From Nemertoderma westbladi (taxonomy: Eukaryota > Animalia > Xenacoelomorpha), in contig JAUCBJ010009163.1 in the NCBI GenBank assembly GCA_032718475.1, positions 1 through 64,000 on the forward strand: a stretch of DNA of 64,000 nt, written 5' to 3'. Made by a program: the position numbers and the translations under genes. This document shows positions 13,644 to 27,764 of the stretch, piece by piece. The notes beneath the pieces were generated by a model. That model worked only from the letters and a program-made list of their open reading frames with translations. It was not told the origin of the DNA and made no database searches. Each line of letters starts with the position of its first letter. Position 1 is the stretch's first letter.

Positions 13644-14773
13644 GTAAAGCACATTCTGTTTTGCTGTACTGCGTACAGTAAATACAAATTAGATTACTGT
13701 ATTAGGCACTGTACAGCGTACAGTAGAACATTGAGTGTATTCTTAGGCTGTTAGTTTAGATTACTGTATTCACTGGCCGCGTACAATAGTACAGTAGTAC
13801 ATTAGGCTGATTGCTGTTACTGCGTACGGTAGAAGGGATATTTGTTTGCCGTACCACACACAGTATCATTAGGCTGTTAGGTTGGTGTACTGTTTGCTTA
13901 CTGTACTGCATACAGTGGATGTACGGTAGTGCGTTTTTACTAATTGCGAATACAGCAGTTCCTTAGGCCTTAGGGTGAATTGTAATTAGTAAGTTTTTTG
14001 AAAATTTTAGCTAGGTTTGCGAGAATTCAGTTTCGGTCAAAATTATTTGTAAAATTCTAGAGTTTTGTACCGGTATGTTAGGTAACCGCTTAGTTATTTT
14101 ATACCATCTGGAGATACATGGCAAGACGGAACTTCTGAGTTTGGGGTTCGTGTGGGTCTGCGGGTTCGGTTTGCAATCAGCGAAGGGACTGAAACTTTGG
14201 ACGCGGACGTGGAATCTCACAGCAAACAAGGTTAGTTGTTCTGTTGGCACCATTGTGTTTGTGGAAGCAGTAAAAAATTATCGGTTGTTTAACTGCGAAG
14301 CTGAACTCAATTTATTAGTTAGGTTAGTTAGGTTTAGCCGGCCATGGTTTTGAATCGCTCAAGTTAGAGAGAGATTTAGAGAGAGTCGCAACCCGAAGAT
14401 GTAGCCACGCGCTAGTGGATACATATAATATTTGAAATTAAAATTACGTTGATTAGAGCTATATATGCAAATTGGAATTATTTGGGTGGCAAATTTATTC
14501 TGAATATTTTGTATTAGATTCAGAAATTATTTTGTGTCATACCGGTATTTAATTGCTATAATAGCTATATAATAATATTTTTGTTTAAATATTGTGCTAG
14601 TATTTGCTATAACTATACCATATTAAATTCACAATATTGCATTGCGAATTTATTTTGACATTTTGGACCAACTAATTATTAGACAAATAATTTGACCGTA
14701 TTTTCGGTTAAATTATAATTATATCTCGAAATTTTGCGAGATTTTTGCCGGAAGGCAAAACATTATTTAGACT

Positions 14774-17700
14774 ATGAGTGTCTCAGACAAAGAGGCACTA
14801 GAGGACAGCTATGAGACGGCGGCTGGACCGCTGACTGACGATAGCGTAAATATTACTGTTGACGACAATGCCGACTATGACGACGCAGTGAGCGACGCTG
14901 ACGTAAGCGAACAGGAGGACGAGACAGTGACTAGTGAGGAAGAACAACAACCTCAAGTAATAGTATTAGGATCCCCTACCACTACTGTAAGGAAGGACCG
15001 CACAGCAGCCCGGACAGAGGTGAGTGATAGGGAGGGTAGTGTAGCAGAAGCGAGAGCCCGGAGCCCGGTTTCCAGACCTGTGGGTATGGTAAGTGCCGTG
15101 GTCCCAGCGGCTATAAGGAGTACCCGTAGTTCCCGAAATAATCCTTCAAGTCCACCAAGTGTAAGTCAGGTAAGCGAGAGAGAACTTGACATCGCGATAA
15201 AGAAGAAACTTCGCGCGCACGCCGGACATATAACTCGGTAAGGAAGGTAAGGAAGATGTTAGCAGAATCAGCGAACATCGGAAGGGAAGGGTTAGTAGAG
15301 ATTAGAAAAGGATATAACTCAGCATTATTTAAGCAGACGGAGGAGCTTGCAGTCCTAGCAAAGAAGGCAGTGGAGTCTCAGTCGAGCGACGTGGCGACGA
15401 GGGTTTATGATAGGGTTTTAGCAGCCTTGTTAGAGCACCGCGCGTTATCGGAGCGATTTCGACGAGTTAGGATGGAGAACTGGCTGCTATGGGCATCACA
15501 AGCGCAGGCGACTCAGGTGAGTGACGTAGAGTTGAGAGACTTAGTGGAGCGGGAAGAGATCCAAGATAAAGAAGAGCGCCGGTATCAGAGGGAAGTTACT
15601 AGCTGGCTGATGCAGAGTGGAGTGGTGGTACTGGGTCAGGTGCTACCGACGACTGAGAATATCCAACAGAGGACGTTAACTCCACCCGATAACGCATCTA
15701 GAGACAGTGGCGATTCCCAGGTTAGTCACGCGCGAGGTAAAGTTATATGTGAGGAGAGATATATATATACGGAGGAGAGAAGACGCTGACTGGACGAACA
15801 ACAGGCGGAAGTTTTGCGTTCATCGGAAGCACGGAAGGAAGCCGAGCGGGAACGGGAGCGCACACGTAAGTTAGACGCGAAGTTGCGAGAGTTGGAAGAT
15901 AAAGGTAAGCGGGAACAAGCGGAACACAAACAGAAGGAACGAGAACTCCAACTTCAACGCGAACGCGAAGAACGCGAACGCCAACTTCAATGCGAACGCG
16001 AAGAACGCGAACTCCAACTTCAACGCGAACGCGAAGAACACGAACTCCAACTTCAACGCGAACGCGAACGGGAAGCTAAGGAATGCGAGCAAAGAAGACG
16101 CGAATTCCAACTCGAACGCGAGCGCAAGGAGCGCGAACTTGAGCGCGAGAAGGAGCGACGGGCATTGTATGAAGAAAAGGCGCGTGTGGAAGAAGAGAGC
16201 GCAGCGAGACGAGCGAGGGAAGAAGAAGAACGTAAACTGGCGCAGTTGGAAAGTGCGAGATTAAATTTAGAGAGCGAAGAACGGACCAGGAAGGCGAATG
16301 AAATCGCCGAGAAGGGGATGCGAATGATCGAAGAATGTGGGGCGAGTGTAGGGACTGAGTTGCGAGAACTGTTCGCACTGCAGAAGGCCGAACAGGAAGC
16401 GAGAACTCCGACCATACGCGAGTCGACGACGACCAGAATTCCTATACCCGGACCAGCTATTACGAGTACACGGATCGCTAAACCGTTCTCTACATATCGC
16501 ACGCCATTTGGTATTAGTGCTTCACCTATCGCGCAGGATCCACGGCATCAGAACACCGCACCACTACATACCGAACGCGAGAATGAAGAGTTTAGAGAAA
16601 CTCCAACGGGACGAGTATTTGGCGAACCGAACCCGCGGGTTTGGAATATGCGGACGGAGCGCCGACCCAGTTTGACGGAGAACTTCCGGGTTAAACCGGA
16701 AGAGGGATCATATGAGAGACAGCGGATTACTCAGATAGAGCCGACTATACAACAGAACCCTAGCCAGGAATTTATTATGAGGGATGAGGTAAGTGCTAGT
16801 TTAGCGCAAGCTATATCGCTGCACATCCAACCTATAACAGACATGCTTAGTAACCTACGGTTAAAGGAAGCAGCCCAGGTAAGAAGTAATTCAAATCCTA
16901 GCAGGCCTGAGTTAGATAAAGTCCAGCCTAGTCAACGAGTACGCATATCGGAGGAGACTATACCACATAGACCTCAGGTAAGGACGCCTGTCCCGAATAT
17001 CCATAATCCCAATTTCGAAAATTCGGCCGATAAATTTATACAAGGTGCTTGGGTCAGGGCCTCGGCGCCAAACCAACGCGAGCGCTAAGGACTGACACCG
17101 AGTCAAGCGATGAAGAGGAAGACATGAGACGTCAGAAGTCCCGAAACTATAAGGAAAGAAGGACAGACGCGGAGCAGGTAAGTTTTAATCCCCGGGAAAG
17201 GACCAGACTTAACATCCCTGCGGAACTAAACCATTTGTTAACCCGGAACGACGCAACCCTTAGGGACATAGGTAAGTTTGCTGCTAGGCAAGGACTGCCG
17301 ACGCAACAACCCCAGAAGTTTATGGGTAACCACAAGCACTGGAGGACTTTCAAAACCTATGTCGACGAACAGCTAACCAACAGCACCTTTACTCCCAACG
17401 AGAAGTTCAACTATTTGCTTCAGATGCTCCATCGAGAACCTAGAGCCATTGCTGACAACTTCGTCGGCAATGAAAGAGCATTCGAGTTAGCAATGAAGAC
17501 GCTTAGTGACATCTACGGGAATAAAACCAAGATGGCGCAGTCGATAGTAGAAGACTTGGGTAAGGGCGGAAGGATTACAACTCCGTTAGAGCTGTTGAAC
17601 TTAGCGAACGCTATTTCGAATGCATTGGACATCTTGAAGACGGTGAATCTACCTCATCATGGTGATCACGCCGAAGTTTTAAAGAGCGTAATAAGACGTT

Positions 17701-20700
17701 TAAACATGCGTTACCGACAGAAATGGCACAAATTAGAGAATAAGTTGGAGGGTCAAGGTAAGGTGTTGACACTTCAGCATATTCATGACATGATAGCCAC
17801 AGACGCAGTAGCAGAGATGAAATCAAACTTCTCAGAAGAGAATATGAGAGAGTCTAAACCTGTTACCGGTAAGTCTATGGTAAGTTTTGACGATGACAGG
17901 ACCACTGTGACATTTAACTCAGTAGACAGATATAATTCGATTACCCCAGCCTTTAGATCAGACTCGCGAGTATGGTCAGGTGAGCGGTTAGATAGACCTA
18001 GGTTAAAGCAACAGGAGTTGCCGGATGGATTTGTAGGTTGCCAATACTGTTTACTAAAGGAGGTAAGATCTGACGACCATAAGTTAGATAGTTGCAGACG
18101 GTTCAAAGAATTAAATTCGGAACAGAGAAGAGTTCAAGTGCGGATGTTGGACACCTGTTGGGCATGTCTTGCGCCAGGTCATGTACGGCGGCAGTGCCCG
18201 AACAGCAAGGACGGATGCATGGAATGCGGCAGACTACATCACAAGTTGCTACATGCGGATTTCCACACCCCAACGGACCGTTACTTACAGCGAAATCCTC
18301 ACAGGAAGGGGAGCAAAGAACCCGTATCGATAAGGAGAAATACGTATACCGGCATTCAGGACGATGGTTACCAACCAGGTTCGTCGGACGAGGATGGCGA
18401 GTCGAGCACAAGAGAGGTGACCTGCCAAGGTTTCACCGCGGATAGTTTATCGACCAGCGCGCGGACGTATCTATCATCAGCCATGTCGGAAATATTCAGC
18501 GTGATTCCGGTGAAACTTACTGGAGATAATGGATCGAAGCGAATATATGTGATGTTGGACACTGCGTCCACAATATCTTATATCGATGAGGAAGTGGCGA
18601 GAGCCGTTTCTAGCTTCCAGGACGCCGAGGAAATCCAAATAGAGTTGAAGTCTATGCACGGGGTAGGTGACCTCAAGGGACACAGGATATCTGTGGAACT
18701 AGACTCCCTACTTCCGAGAGACCAACACACTCGACAAGAACGGAAAGCTTTGCCATTGGACGGATTTAAGTGTCTAGCTATGAAGGGATTCGGCAGGCAG
18801 TTAGGTAAGGTGCCACCGATGAGTCCCATAGCACAGGAGTATTTTGACAAGCTCAGAATACCCAGACATCAGGTAGGTTATAGGAATGTTTCTATGTTGA
18901 TTGGTGCAGAACAGCTGATCGCACACCAGATATGGGAAACGAGACCAGCTGAGCCGCATGTCAATGGACCACATGCCCATAGGACTATATTAGGTTGGTA
19001 TACAAGAGTACCCATGTCTTATGAGTTTACAGGTGGCGACAAGCCAATAGACAGATACGACGAATTACAGCCTATAACTCAACCACCGTTAGTAAAACCA
19101 CCAGACATAGACGAGTTTAGGAGAACCTGTATTGACCACTATAGTGACTTTAGCGAGTCGGACGAGGAGTTGATTCCCGATAATGTTAGGTTGTCGGAAC
19201 CACTTCACAACAACTGGACAGATAGTGAACCCGAGGACTACTGTTATCAGACCCGTGGGTCTGGTTCAGCGGCCCACGCTACCTATTTGAGTAACGTTTT
19301 GACTTATACCAACATAGTGGAGGGTCAAGTGGCTAAATATCGAGACCTAGACATTTTCCAATACAGTGAGGAGGAATTGCAGAAGGAATTGATACGCCAG
19401 GACCTCGAGACAGGAGCCAGAACCGTCGAATGGCTGGATAGGGACGCAATGGAACCTGGTGGATATGACCTAGCCATGTCTACTGATGAAAAACGGTCAC
19501 TGGAGATGATGGAAGATACCATACGTCTGCTACCGACTGGACATTTTGAAGTTGGAATGTTGTGGCGTCGACAACCACCTAAGTTGGAGAACAACTACAG
19601 CTTAGCCTTGAAAAGATTAAACGGAGTAAGGGCTCGGTTGTTAAGGAATCCAGACATTAGGGAGAAGTATTGCGCCCAGATCAACAACTATTTTGCCAAG
19701 GGATTTGCTGGGAAGGTAGAGGACCCTGACTTAGTGACAGACCAGACTTATTACCTTCCACACCACTATGTGACTCACCCTGACAAACCTGACAAAGTCC
19801 GAGTAGTCAATGACTGCGCAGCAGTCTATAGAGGTATGTCCCTGAATTCAGAGTTGATGGATGGTCCCAACCTGAACAATTATTTGATAGGAATACTGTT
19901 ACGTTTTAGACAGTGGCGATTCGCATTTACTTGTGACATCGAGGCGATGTTCCACCAGGTAAGAGCCTGTAAGGCAGACCAGGATAGCCTTAGCTTTCTC
20001 TGGTATGAGAATGAAGACTTATCCGGCCCAGTGGTTACATACCAGATGTACGTTAGGATATTTGGCACCCGCGATAGTCCAAATGGCACGCTGTTTGTTC
20101 TAAAGAAAACGGCAACAGCCCAGATTGGTAAGTATCCAGTAGAGGTGATCGAGTCCATCTTGAGAAACTTCTATATGGACGACGGATTGGTGTCCAAGGA
20201 CATAGCGGAACAAGCCATAGAAGTGGCTCACGGCCTGCAGGAGTGCTTGGCTACAGGGGGATTTCCTCTGACCAAGTTCACTACGAACTCGGAGGCCCTA
20301 TTAGAGTCGTTCCCGGTGAAAGATCGCGGGAGCGGAGACATTGAATTGGGGGTAGAACCAATCCCCATGGCGCGAGTACTGGGACTTGCTTGGAATCCGA
20401 ACACGGATAAATTCCAGGTAAGAGTTAGATTTGAGCCCAGTAGCCCAGACAAAGTTTTGACAAAGAGAATTTGCTTATCGACGTTAAGTAGACTATTTGA
20501 CCCGATGAACTTTATCAGTCCGGTAATATTACAGGCACGAGTGTGCATGAGGAAAATTTGGTTGTCCGACATAGAGTGGGACGAACCAATATCTCCTATA
20601 CATGCAAAGCAGTGGAGGGAGTGGGAAGCCGAGTTACATCTATTGAAAAATATAGATGTACCCCATTCCTACTTTCCGAATCAGCTGGTATTCCCAGCTG

Positions 20701-23126
20701 ATCTCGAACTGCACCTATTTAGTGATGCAAGTGACACCGGCTTTGGTATGGTAGCCTATCTTCGCCGAGAGGTAAGTCAGGACAAATTTGAGACGGCCTT
20801 TGTGACTTCTAGATCAAAGACAATGCCGGTCAAATACATGACTGTCCCTCGTGCAGAGTTACAGGCGGCAGTAGTTTCAGTCGAGGTAAGTAAGCAGATA
20901 ACAGAGGAGTTAGACACGACATGGACCTTATTCTATTGAACGGACGCATCCTTAGTGTTAGTATACATTGCGGCCGACAATATTGCACTAAAGACATTTG
21001 TGGCCAACAGACGCGCTCAGATCGTTGATTTTTCGACGAAGGAACAATGGAGACATTGTCCGGGAGTGTTGAACCCGGCCGACATAACTTCAAGAGGTGC
21101 AATGCCGGCGGAATTCTGTCAGGAAGAGTCGCAGGAGTTTTGGTTGCATGGACCTGATTTTCTAACGAGGACACAGGAACATTGGCCAGAGCGACTAAAG
21201 ATAGTGACCAATCCGATGCCTGAAGATGCAGAAGTCAAAGTGGAGAAAGTCTCTAAGTCGAAGTCAAAAGCCAAACTTAAGTCATTGGAGCGGCCTGAAG
21301 AGTCATTGGAGCGGCCCGGAGACCTGTCAGACCTACAGACTTACGTGACGACTAGGTCCGGAAGGGTAAGTTACGACATAAAACCACCCTTACAGACTAA
21401 ACCAGAGTCACAGTTGGTAAGTGACGGACAGAAAATGATCGACAAAATGGAGCCTTTGGTTTCCAAACCCGCGGGTTTGGATTCGAAACTTCCATTAATT
21501 AGCGGATAACCATCGCTGGCATTAGAGCCATGTAGTATTTATGACAAATTACTAAATTCGTCTGCCTCTTGGCTGACAATTTGTAAAAGAACTGCGTGGT
21601 TAAGCCGATACGTTTCGTACCTTTGTTTAAAACATTCGGAACATTTGGGAGAACAATTGAGCACCAATAGTGAGCGAATTCGGAAATTGAAACAACCTCT
21701 GACAGAGGATGAGATTGATCAAGCGGAATTAAAGCATTTGAAACATTATCAAATGTGTGCCTTCCCTAAAGAATTCCATCTATTATCGGCTCAACGACCA
21801 GTTCTCTATAAACCCCTTAGAAAATGGAGTCCATTAATCCATAAGGGTTTGATTTGTCATAGATCGAGAATCCAGACTGTCGACATAAACTCACAGTTTA
21901 GGTTCCCAGTGATAATCCCTAGTCACCCAATAGAATTGCAAAGAGCGATTCTATGGGATATACACAAGAGGTTGCATCACTCGGGAAAGTTACACTGTTT
22001 GTCGTCAGCGAGACAGCGATTCATTCTATTGCAGCCAAGCAGGGCAGTCGGCACTATGTATGACGCCTGTCTGGTTTGCAAGAGGGTGAACGCCAGAGTA
22101 TTGGAACAGGAGATGGCTGAACTCCCGGAAGCGAGAGTGCAGGCATATGACCCACCCTTTATGAACACAGGGGTGGACTGTTTTGGTCCGATTGAGGCAA
22201 AGAGTGGACGGCTGACCCACAAGCAATGGGGTCTGCTACTGACATGCATGGCTAGTAGAGCCATACATATTGAGCGTGTGGCAGACATGTCGACAAAATC
22301 TCTGCTCCTGGCCTTAAAGAGATTTATGGCCAGGAGAGGACTAGTAAAGGCGTTCTACTCTGACAAGGGTACAAACTTTGTCGGGGGGAATAGCGAGTTG
22401 AACGCGGCTCATAAAGCGGCACAGAATAAAGAAATTTCTGCAGCACTTTTGCTGCAAAGAGTAGAGTGGAGATTTAATACTCCAGAAAGTCCTTGGAGAG
22501 GAGGAAGTTGGGAGCGTTTAGTTCGCTCTGTAAAACAGGCCATTGCCAAAACATTGCCTGTAAACAAACAACTTACCGACGACGAGCTGGTCACAGCTTT
22601 CATCGAAATCGAGCATACCCTAAACTCGAGGCTGATGGCTATGTTACCAGACGGTGTTGCATTAACGCCGAATCATTTGCTAATGCAGAGTCCAGCATTT
22701 CTTGTGCCGGCATCAGAACCCATTAGTGCCGACCTATATAGTCGTAAAAGCTAGAAGGTGACACAATTAGTGGCGTACACATTCTGGGAATATTGGCGGG
22801 AATACTATCTTCCCACCATATCCACCAGAACAAAGTGGTACAAAACGGTTCGGAGTCTCCAAAGGGGAGATTACGTACTGATAACCGAGCCAATTGTCAA
22901 GAGAAAGTACTGGGAGACGGGAGTTATCTTGCACACACACCCAGACGTGCAAAACATAGTGCGCACAGTCACTGTGAAAATTAGGTGCAAGTGTCCGGAC
23001 CCAAAGAAGTGTAAAACTAATGGTTTACACACCTTGGACCGACCGGTCCAAGATATCGTGTTATTAGAGGAGACACGCATCGAGACGGGAGATTATAATT
23101 TGTCTCCTGCCTCAAAACAAAATTAG
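14774..23126 (+). pseudogene. gag-pol: Bel/Pao gag-pol polyprotein of A (Gag-PR-RT-RNase H-IN) with stops and frameshifts
   Basis: Coiled coil, gag core, knuckles, protease MLDTAS, RT (YLPHH, DIEAMFHQV, FYMDD), RNase H (FSDAS, RAEL, WRHCPGVLNPAD), integrase (HHCC, GVDCFGP, YSDKG, WERL). Domain order and motifs are diagnostic of Bel/Pao. Stops include 20937-20939 and 22752-22754 at Trp positions. Confidence 0.95.
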
Positions 23127-23881
23127 TGTTGGACGCAACTCACTTCGTATGCATTCCTCGTATGCAAATACTAGGAAATGCATAGGAGCGGGTTGGCGGT
23201 GATTTGCGTTGAGTTTTGTCTGGTGGGTATCAAAAACAAAATTTTATTTTCAAAATTTTGGAAAATTTAAAATTTTAAAAAATTAGAAGTGAACCCAAGA
23301 CAATTCCAGACACTGTGTATAGACGCGTTTTAGAATTCGTCTATAGATATACAGTAATTTGAAAAGTCGTGAAGCCTGGAAAATAGCATTTAGAAACCAT
23401 GGTGACGGCTATATTACGTAGGAGTGTAAATTGAGTTTAGCAATTTCCACAGATTGGTGCCAGCAGTACAACTAAGGTGCTAAAGGTTAGTAGCACCAGA
23501 GGCGTACACGGACCCCACTCAGTAGTTTGCAGTGAAGTGTGATGTTCGATTATCAAACCTGTGGGTTTGGTATAGTCGAGCATTGAGATTATGGTCCCTT
23601 CTAACTACTGTAGTTTAGTACGAGTAATGGGAGTAGTCTGGGCATCAAAAAGTGAGTTGGTCATGGCCAGTTTATCTCCAAAGTTTTTGCGCTATGCATG
23701 GGAATAGGTTAGAGGATAGTTAGGAAGAGACGAGATCTAGAGAGTCGAACCTGAACTGCTGGAAGGCAGCGCGGGGGGGTTCGGGAGGTCTGTCTTTCGA
23801 TGACATCTAACTGATTTACCCATAGTGTAATTGGTTACGTAATGGCACTTATTGGATATATATGTATATACGCGGCGCATA

Positions 23882-26800
23882 ATGGAGAAGGATATTAGAG
23901 CGCAACCGCGGAGAGGATTTACTGCTAGAGAGGAGGCGGAGTTACCATTCGCGCGACCGGGATGTAAAGATTCGAACGTTTACTACCATGGGAGGTCGGT
24001 GATGGAGCTAAATGGAAGGTATTTACCCACGTATGATAAGGAGCTAAGGAGGGAAAGAATGAGAACGTTGGGGGACCGTATGGAAGTTTTGCGGAGAGAG
24101 TATTGCACTCGGTATCCCTACGACTTCGCTTTAGACGTATGTGACATTAGTGCAGACCCGGATGAGGAGATCGCGCGGCTGTACCATATGAATATGTATT
24201 TACGATATGAAGAACCTCTACCTGCAGTCCGAGATCAGTTCAACGGAATGCATCTGTACCGGAGGACTAGAGGCGAGGATCAGGAGACGCCGAAAATCTT
24301 CAGCGTTTACAAGTTGTTTTACAAGTGTGGTGAATGCATGAACAAACAAGACGTGGCGATTCCTGACCGACTGGACGAGCAACATCCAGAACCGATATTA
24401 ACGCGATGTCAAGCTCACCAGTTCCTTAGATATAACGAGGGAGGTTACCCGATGAGCAACCCGATGATCAGTATCGACTTCAGCGGAAAGCGACCTCCAA
24501 GACCCATTACACCGACCGTTACGACATTAGATCCGTATACGGAGATTAAACCCTGTTCGACACCCAGTTTGATAGAGACGGCAGCGGCCATTTCGCTGTA
24601 CCGAGCCTATAAGGATCTAGAGGCGCGGCGCGAAGTGGCACGGGACTCGGGTACCATTGGAACGTTGACTGTCTACGGGAAGTTTTATGCGCGAAGTTCT
24701 TGCGTGATGTCCCGATGCAGATCACGGATTATGACACATTGGACAAGATTGGAGCTCCAGGGAAGGAGAGCAAATTGTTTGGATGGTTAGATAAATACAT
24801 CAAAGTATGGGTCGCGGTGGCTACATTCCCAGACGACGAGGAGGTAGACCAGACGTGGCTGAGGAGGAAAGGTTCTTACACCCGATATGATGACCACAAG
24901 GCTATCGAGCGCATGTGGACCTCAACAGACGAGATTCAGCGTCAGTGGAGGAAAACGGAGGAATCACTGCAGGATTGGAGGGTGATGTTCTACGACAATG
25001 AAGGAGGGTCCCATCAAGAATGTTTGACTAGCAAGTGCATTCAAATTCGCGCAGCCGATGGTGTGACTCATGTGTTTATGCGCGTGAGGGCAGATCGAGA
25101 GAGACCGGAGCCCATCATAACGACACAATATCGGAAGGGGAAGGATCCTAGGGAACAGATTTTGGAGGTATGCAGGCGAGGAGGTATGCATGGAGTGGAG
25201 CGTATCGACGCCAGGATGCTACCCAGATTACGTCAAGGTGGGATCAGGAGTCCAGAGCGATTTGGAGAGTGACTTCAACGCCATGACTGATTTGGAAGAT
25301 AGATTGCCGAGACCGTTTGTCGACACCAAGCTATTGTTGCTATGGGCACAGGATATTGGAATTTATAGGGAGTATCCCAACTCTGCCAAGACTGGTATGG
25401 GCTTTATAGCACATTTGTTGTATAATTGGGACTTTAAGTTAAAGACGCAGAAGAAGTACGAGGAGGCGTATGGTGAATACAACACGCCACAGGGAGTGGA
25501 GTTCAAATCCCACTTCAAGCGGCAAGCGTTAGTGTATTGGAACATTTGCGCGCCACCCCGTGCGTCGCTACAATATTATTTGGTGCTTGAGTCGAACACG
25601 GTAACCTGTTTATTAGCGGATATCGTTGCGCGAGTTTTGAAGCGTCATCCATTGGTATTCGGAGGAGATCAATACGTTCGCTCGAAAGGGGGAATCCAAT
25701 CCGACGTGATGAAGCGTTTCTTAACCCCGTTCTTCAACCAATTGTTAGATAATACGTCGATGGTTAGGAGAGGATTAGTGATATTCGAAGGAGTATATCG
25801 ACAGAACATCGGAGATTTGGGAGACCGACCGTCGATGGAGTATCCGACGCCAGAGGCCTTGGAGAAGTGGTTCGGGAATCCAACCCGCGGGTTTGGTACT
25901 CCCTTCCACTCGGAGGCTGATAGACCCGTTAAGGAGGGTTGGCCGGAGACGTTAGTAGAGGTGTTCGGAGTAGATCTTCCGGTGGAGAAGACATATCCGA
26001 AACGAACGCGGGAGGAAATATTGGAGATAGAGGACAAGGGCGAGGATGTTTACTTTTTCCGGATCGACAACCGCTGACCGGAGAGGACGACATCGTATTA
26101 GACATTGGGAAAGAAGGAAGTGCGAAACCGATTGGAGACCTCATATACGAGGGGGCCTGGTTTCCACAAGCGCGTAGGTGTAAGTTGTGCGGCAGCACAA
26201 GGCACAATCAAAAATAGTGCGATGCGGTAGTAGAGGCAGTGCATAAGGTCTGCCGTTGGTGTAATGAGACTGACCATTTGTTTCACACGTGCACCGTCTT
26301 CATTTCTCAATGTGGATACTGTGGGGTAAAGGGGCATCGCAGTGCGAGATGTCAGTTGCGAGATGATTCCTTCCAAAACCACAGCGCTAACCTACTTCGG
26401 GAGATGCTAGATAAGTGGGAGGGTGTGGCCGACTACCACATCCAAGCGCAGATGCGTTGGTTACCATTTAAGGCGGGATACGGATTTTGGGCAGTAGACC
26501 CATCTCACGTTGCGTATGAGCCGTATCTACAGTCTTTGCCACAATATCAGGAGCTCATCTTGACCGCTCAAGACCTTCCACAAAACACTGGAGTTATCGT
26601 AGTTCGAGAATACTTCAGACAGTTGAATATGGACAACAAGTACACTTGGAACTTCGTTGTTATTTGCGACTGGATCACAAAAGGTCTGTTTTCGGAAACT
26701 AGAAAAGTGGTACACGCGCGAGGAGATTGGAGGATGGCGGCTATACAGTACCGCAACGAGTTCTTGTTGACTCATGTACCAGTGGGGTCATTGACCGCTG

Positions 26801-27219
26801 AGAGGATACAGGAGCAGAGAATCGCAGCACCCACAACGTCGACCGTTGGAGCTCAAGGCTCACGGAAAGAACCAGGAGGAGAGGTCCAAGACAAACGTCA
26901 AGTCAAGGACGACCACTATCACTCTATTATAGAAGCGCAAAGATTGCAGCGCAAGGCGCAGGGAGCGTCGGAAAAGGCGCGCGTGCAATTGCAGAAGGAA
27001 GAGTTGGCGGAAGCGACCACAGGAGCACGACAATCGGGACGAGGCCGAGGTAGAAGTACCAGCCGGGAGTCTGTCGGGGCTCAGGGAACATCGTCGCCGG
27101 TTCTGGGGAGTGACGCCTCACGGACGGCGTCAACAGAATCGACTAGAGGACGATTGGTGTATCTGGGTAGAGGGCGAAAGAGGGTAGCGAGCCCAAAGAA
27201 CCCAGGAGCGGGTCGGTAA
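23882..27219 (+). pseudogene. Accessory ORF2 of A: Zn domain + DEDDy 3'-5' exonuclease + three CCHC knuckles, frameshifted
   Basis: Pieces 23852-24790, 24700-25272, 25190-26077, 25939-26217, 26239-27219 are collinear with C ORF2. Motifs MFYDNEG, IQIRAADG, KVGSGVQSD, FVDTK, YYLVLE; knuckles CKLC, CRWC, CGYC. Confidence 0.8.
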
Positions 27220-27764
27220 TGCATTTATAGCACGGGGCGACAGACTCTAGATATGTACATCATTGTTGCTCTGATGTACATTGTAGCATTTGGAAATATT
27301 CGACTAGACTCATATACACTAGTCATATCGATTTGAATTTATATTATGAGAGAGGCGAAGGAGGTGATTGGGGAGACAAACCTGCGGGTTTGGCTTACTC
27401 CTTTCACCTACAATAGCAAAATTTTTTATATTTGATCTTGTATGTAGTAATCATTATGTAAGAACGAACGAGAAACAATATTTTGTAAATTTAATTTGTA
27501 TGTAATTATCGTTAAACAGTGAGAGAGATAATATTTGGCAAATTTAATTTGTATGCAATTCCATTATGCAATATCTATGGCAATATTTGTAAATAGTAGA
27601 ATTTATAGTATCAAGTATTTTAAATTTTTTTTTTTTTTTTTTTTTTTTTTTATGCCGTTTATTTGTTAGTATTGCAGTATTGCTTCTTAACCTACCAAAA
27701 TTAATTTTAAAGCTGTCAGACTGTAATTATATTATAAATACTGAAATAGCGAGGTTAGCAATTA

